Assembly (NCBI GenBank): GCA_951406725.2
Contig: OX597822.1
Location: 85,002,001-85,066,000 of the forward strand
Length of the DNA stretch: 64,000 nt
Direction: 5' to 3'
Origin: Octopus vulgaris
Lineage: Eukaryota
In this document: piece by piece, positions 63,181 to 64,000 of the stretch
Layout: every line of letters starts with the position of its first letter
Numbering within the stretch: position 1 is the first letter of the stretch
The notes under the pieces: model-generated
What the model was told of the DNA's origin: nothing
Database searches by the model: none
What the model saw: the letters and a program-made list of their open reading frames with translations, nothing else
Made by a program: the position numbers and the translations under genes

Positions 63181-63593
63181 CATATATACGACAGACTTTT
63201 AGTTTTCGTCTACCAAATCCACTTCCGGTATTCGTTTCGGTAGCACTGCCAGGCCAGGTATTTCTAGAAGTTATTCATGATAGTCCCTGGCCTGAAACAG
63301 ACCAGCATTCCTCCGAAACAGACCTTGTCGACACCAAGAGTTTCTCCTGGAATATCACCGCTCTTCAGACAACAGAAATGACGTAAAGCATAATTAACTG
63401 TTTTCTTATTGGCCAAATTATCACACCAAGCTGCAACTACATCTGTTTTAACACAGGTCTCCCATCAAGAACTTTGGGAAAATGAAATTTGCATAAATTT
63501 ATTTCTGTAATATCGAACTGTTTGTGGAAAGGGGAAAAAAGGAACGCCAAAGCCAATTGCTTATGCTCGTGTCAACACGGCTGCCCGCCTCAG

Positions 63594-63636
<43 letters not shown>

Positions 63637-64000
63637 ATATGAATGTGAGGCTGAAAATTATTTGCAAGTAATACAAACCTATGAATCTATGAGAGCTTGT
63701 GCATAGGAGACCCAGAACCATGAGATGGCGTTCTACCCATGACTTCATCGGCTTACTCTCGAATACTGCGTATCTGTTGCTACATTACAAAGCGCTGGAT
63801 AAACAGCTATAGTTGTGTCTGTGTACTAATGTGTTGTGTGTGTTTATGCGTGTGGACAAAATGGATGCGTATACATTTGATCTACAACTCGAGATGGCAT
63901 TTCGAAAATTTAATCGTCATTAGTCTATAGGATAATAATACGATATATATATGTAAAATATCCCATCGACATTTTGGTACAACTTTTGGCAGCCGTATTA

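Noticed and set aside
63325-63372. Minus-strand CTGAAGA...GAAAC hammerhead candidate
   Set aside because: Stem II does not pair and stem I is out of register.

Overview
AT-rich eukaryotic (animal) non-coding DNA, saturated with microsatellites and transposable-element remnants. The tRNA-headed SINE families and microsatellite density point to an octopus/coleoid cephalopod genome (inference). I found no complete protein-coding gene, and almost all ORFs in the supplied track are translations of microsatellites or SINEs. Recognisable content: (1) three abundant tRNA-derived SINE groups (here called A, B, C) plus an older dispersed repeat (D); (2) decayed fragments of RTE, CR1/L2-like and R4/Dong LINEs, Tc1/mariner-type transposases, pogo, hAT and mariner MITEs, and a non-autonomous Helitron; (3) a 418-bp 28S rRNA fragment between 6-bp direct repeats, ending just upstream of the R2 target site; (4) a near full-length U2 snRNA retrocopy fused to the family-A SINE 3' tail and bracketed by a 7-bp duplication; (5) short elements, mostly embedded in (TA)n, with minimal hammerhead-ribozyme motifs and inverted ends (Penelope/retrozyme-like); (6) long inverted repeats, including a near-perfect 181-bp fold-back. 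One weak candidate first coding exon (EF-hand-like N-terminus) is noted. All comparisons were made by eye against remembered consensus sequences; family names and most boundaries are approximate.
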